This document shows, piece by piece, positions 63,237 through 64,000 of a stretch of DNA of 64,000 bases. Each line of letters opens with the position of its first letter. Within the stretch, counting starts at the first letter, position 1. The notes beneath the pieces are model-generated. The model saw only the letters and a list, made by a program, of their open reading frames with translations, made no database searches and had not been told where the DNA came from. The position numbers and the translations under genes are program-made. Source of the stretch: Candidatus Gastranaerophilales bacterium (GTDB lineage: Bacteria; Cyanobacteriota; Vampirovibrionia; Gastranaerophilales; Gastranaerophilaceae); the NCBI GenBank assembly GCA_028694425.1, contig JAQVKX010000001.1, forward strand, positions 841 to 64,840. Direction: 5' to 3'.

Positions 63237-64000
63237 TCATTTAATACAACCATAAATTAAATAATTGTTTACGTTATTATTATTAACTATTTTTACAATA
63301 TTTGTTCTGTTCTTTGCCCATTCTATAACGGATTGTGGTGCTCCAAGCATAAGATAAAACCAACAGCAATCACCTTTTTTAAGAGATGCTTCAAGTATAG
63401 CCGTTACATTATCTTTTTTATCCGGATGTGGTTGAATAACCCTGTTTTTAATATTATAAAATGAAGAATAATAAGCGTATTCAGTATCAGATAATCCGTT
63501 TACAAAAATTATATCTGTAGGTTTTAAATCTTTAACCATCATCGCCATCATTTCACGTGCATATTCGCCTTTAGTAATATTTTTTGCCTTGAAAAGAAAA
63601 TAACCTACCCAAACAAATTGTGTCCAAAAAGTTATTGTAATTAAAAATATCATAGCTCCTAATTTAATTTTTTTATCCAACGAAACTAAGTCAAAAGGTT
63701 TTATTATAAATAATATGTATATTGGTATTAAAAACAGTATCACACGTTCACCGAAAGGATATATTTTCAAAAGGGAAGCAAAAATAAGTGACATAAAACT
63801 TAAAATTGCAACATTAAAAAATACAGATTTTTCTTTAATATAAGCCACAATTCCCCAAACAAAAAATATAAAAATAAATAATACATAATTAACAAACGGA
63901 AATAAAAATTTTAAACTTTCAATAACAAGCCGGAAAAAATGAATTGGATTTATGGTTACAAAATATGTTTGCCAGCCTTGAGGCATTGTTGTACCTGTAT
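63237..64000 (-). CDS. paralogue of the GT39-like membrane protein, 5'-truncated by the window edge
   Basis: C-terminal 250 aa align with 61615-63213 (IKEKS.F.N..I.SF..LI.ASLL.IYPF..R..LFL.PI); the frame stays open to position 64000 (..TGTTMPQGW vs YTGTIMVNYW). Confidence 0.6.
   Translation of the reverse strand, partial: TGTTMPQGWQTYFVTINPIHFFRLVIESLKFLFPFVNYVLFIFIFFVWGIVAYIKEKSVFFNVAILSFMSLIFASLLKIYPFGERVILFLIPIYILFIIKPFDLVSLDKKIKLGAMIFLITITFWTQFVWVGYFLFKAKNITKGEYAREMMAMMVKDLKPTDIIFVNGLSDTEYAYYSSFYNIKNRVIQPHPDKKDNVTAILEASLKKGDCCWFYLMLGAPQSVIEWAKNRTNIVKIVNNNNVNNYLIYGCIK

Overview
Visibly AT-rich bacterial chromosomal window made up mostly of housekeeping genes. The gene content fits a diderm anaerobe: lptC/lptA-like, mlaD-like, desulfoferrodoxin and ferritin genes, plus rpmI-rplT, rimM-trmD, rplJ-rplL, polA, topA, dprA, rel, rlmN, dtd, nth, fba, ahcY, thiC, thrB, upp, ribD, rpiB, rsfS and a 7TM-HD/ybeY/dgkA operon. 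There is also a GT11/GT2/GT8 glycosyltransferase cluster and three tandem type IV pilin-like genes. The pilin leader style and AT content suggest a Melainabacteria-like gut organism, but that is inference only. I saw no rRNA, tRNA, CRISPR array, transposase, integrase or phage genes. The unusual part is the non-coding DNA, which contains four repeat families. (1) About 25 clusters of a modular 'stuttered-word' repeat (GTGAAnn, GCGTAGnG, AAAAGC, AAGACAAG and similar words) share a conserved composite core. Copies sit in frame inside polA, ybeY and a GT39-like gene, and others form the annotated termini of several ORFs. (2) A GC-rich nested-palindrome element family (hairpins within hairpin loops) lies at gene 3' ends. 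(3) One 159-bp MITE-like element has perfect 13-bp terminal inverted repeats. (4) Short GTAGG-hairpin elements follow three stop codons. Other items worth a second look are a zinc-ribbon protein with QGGY(N/Q)RPQ tandem repeats in the rimM-trmD operon, an 805-aa P/T/A/Q-rich compositional outlier with upstream direct repeats, a small Cys-rich ORF islet, a Flp-like mini-ORF, a 21-aa hydrophobic ORF, an orphan AlbA_2/HATPase_c_4 gene and a probable leaderless mlaD-like gene. All functional calls come from reading motifs by eye; no database search was run.
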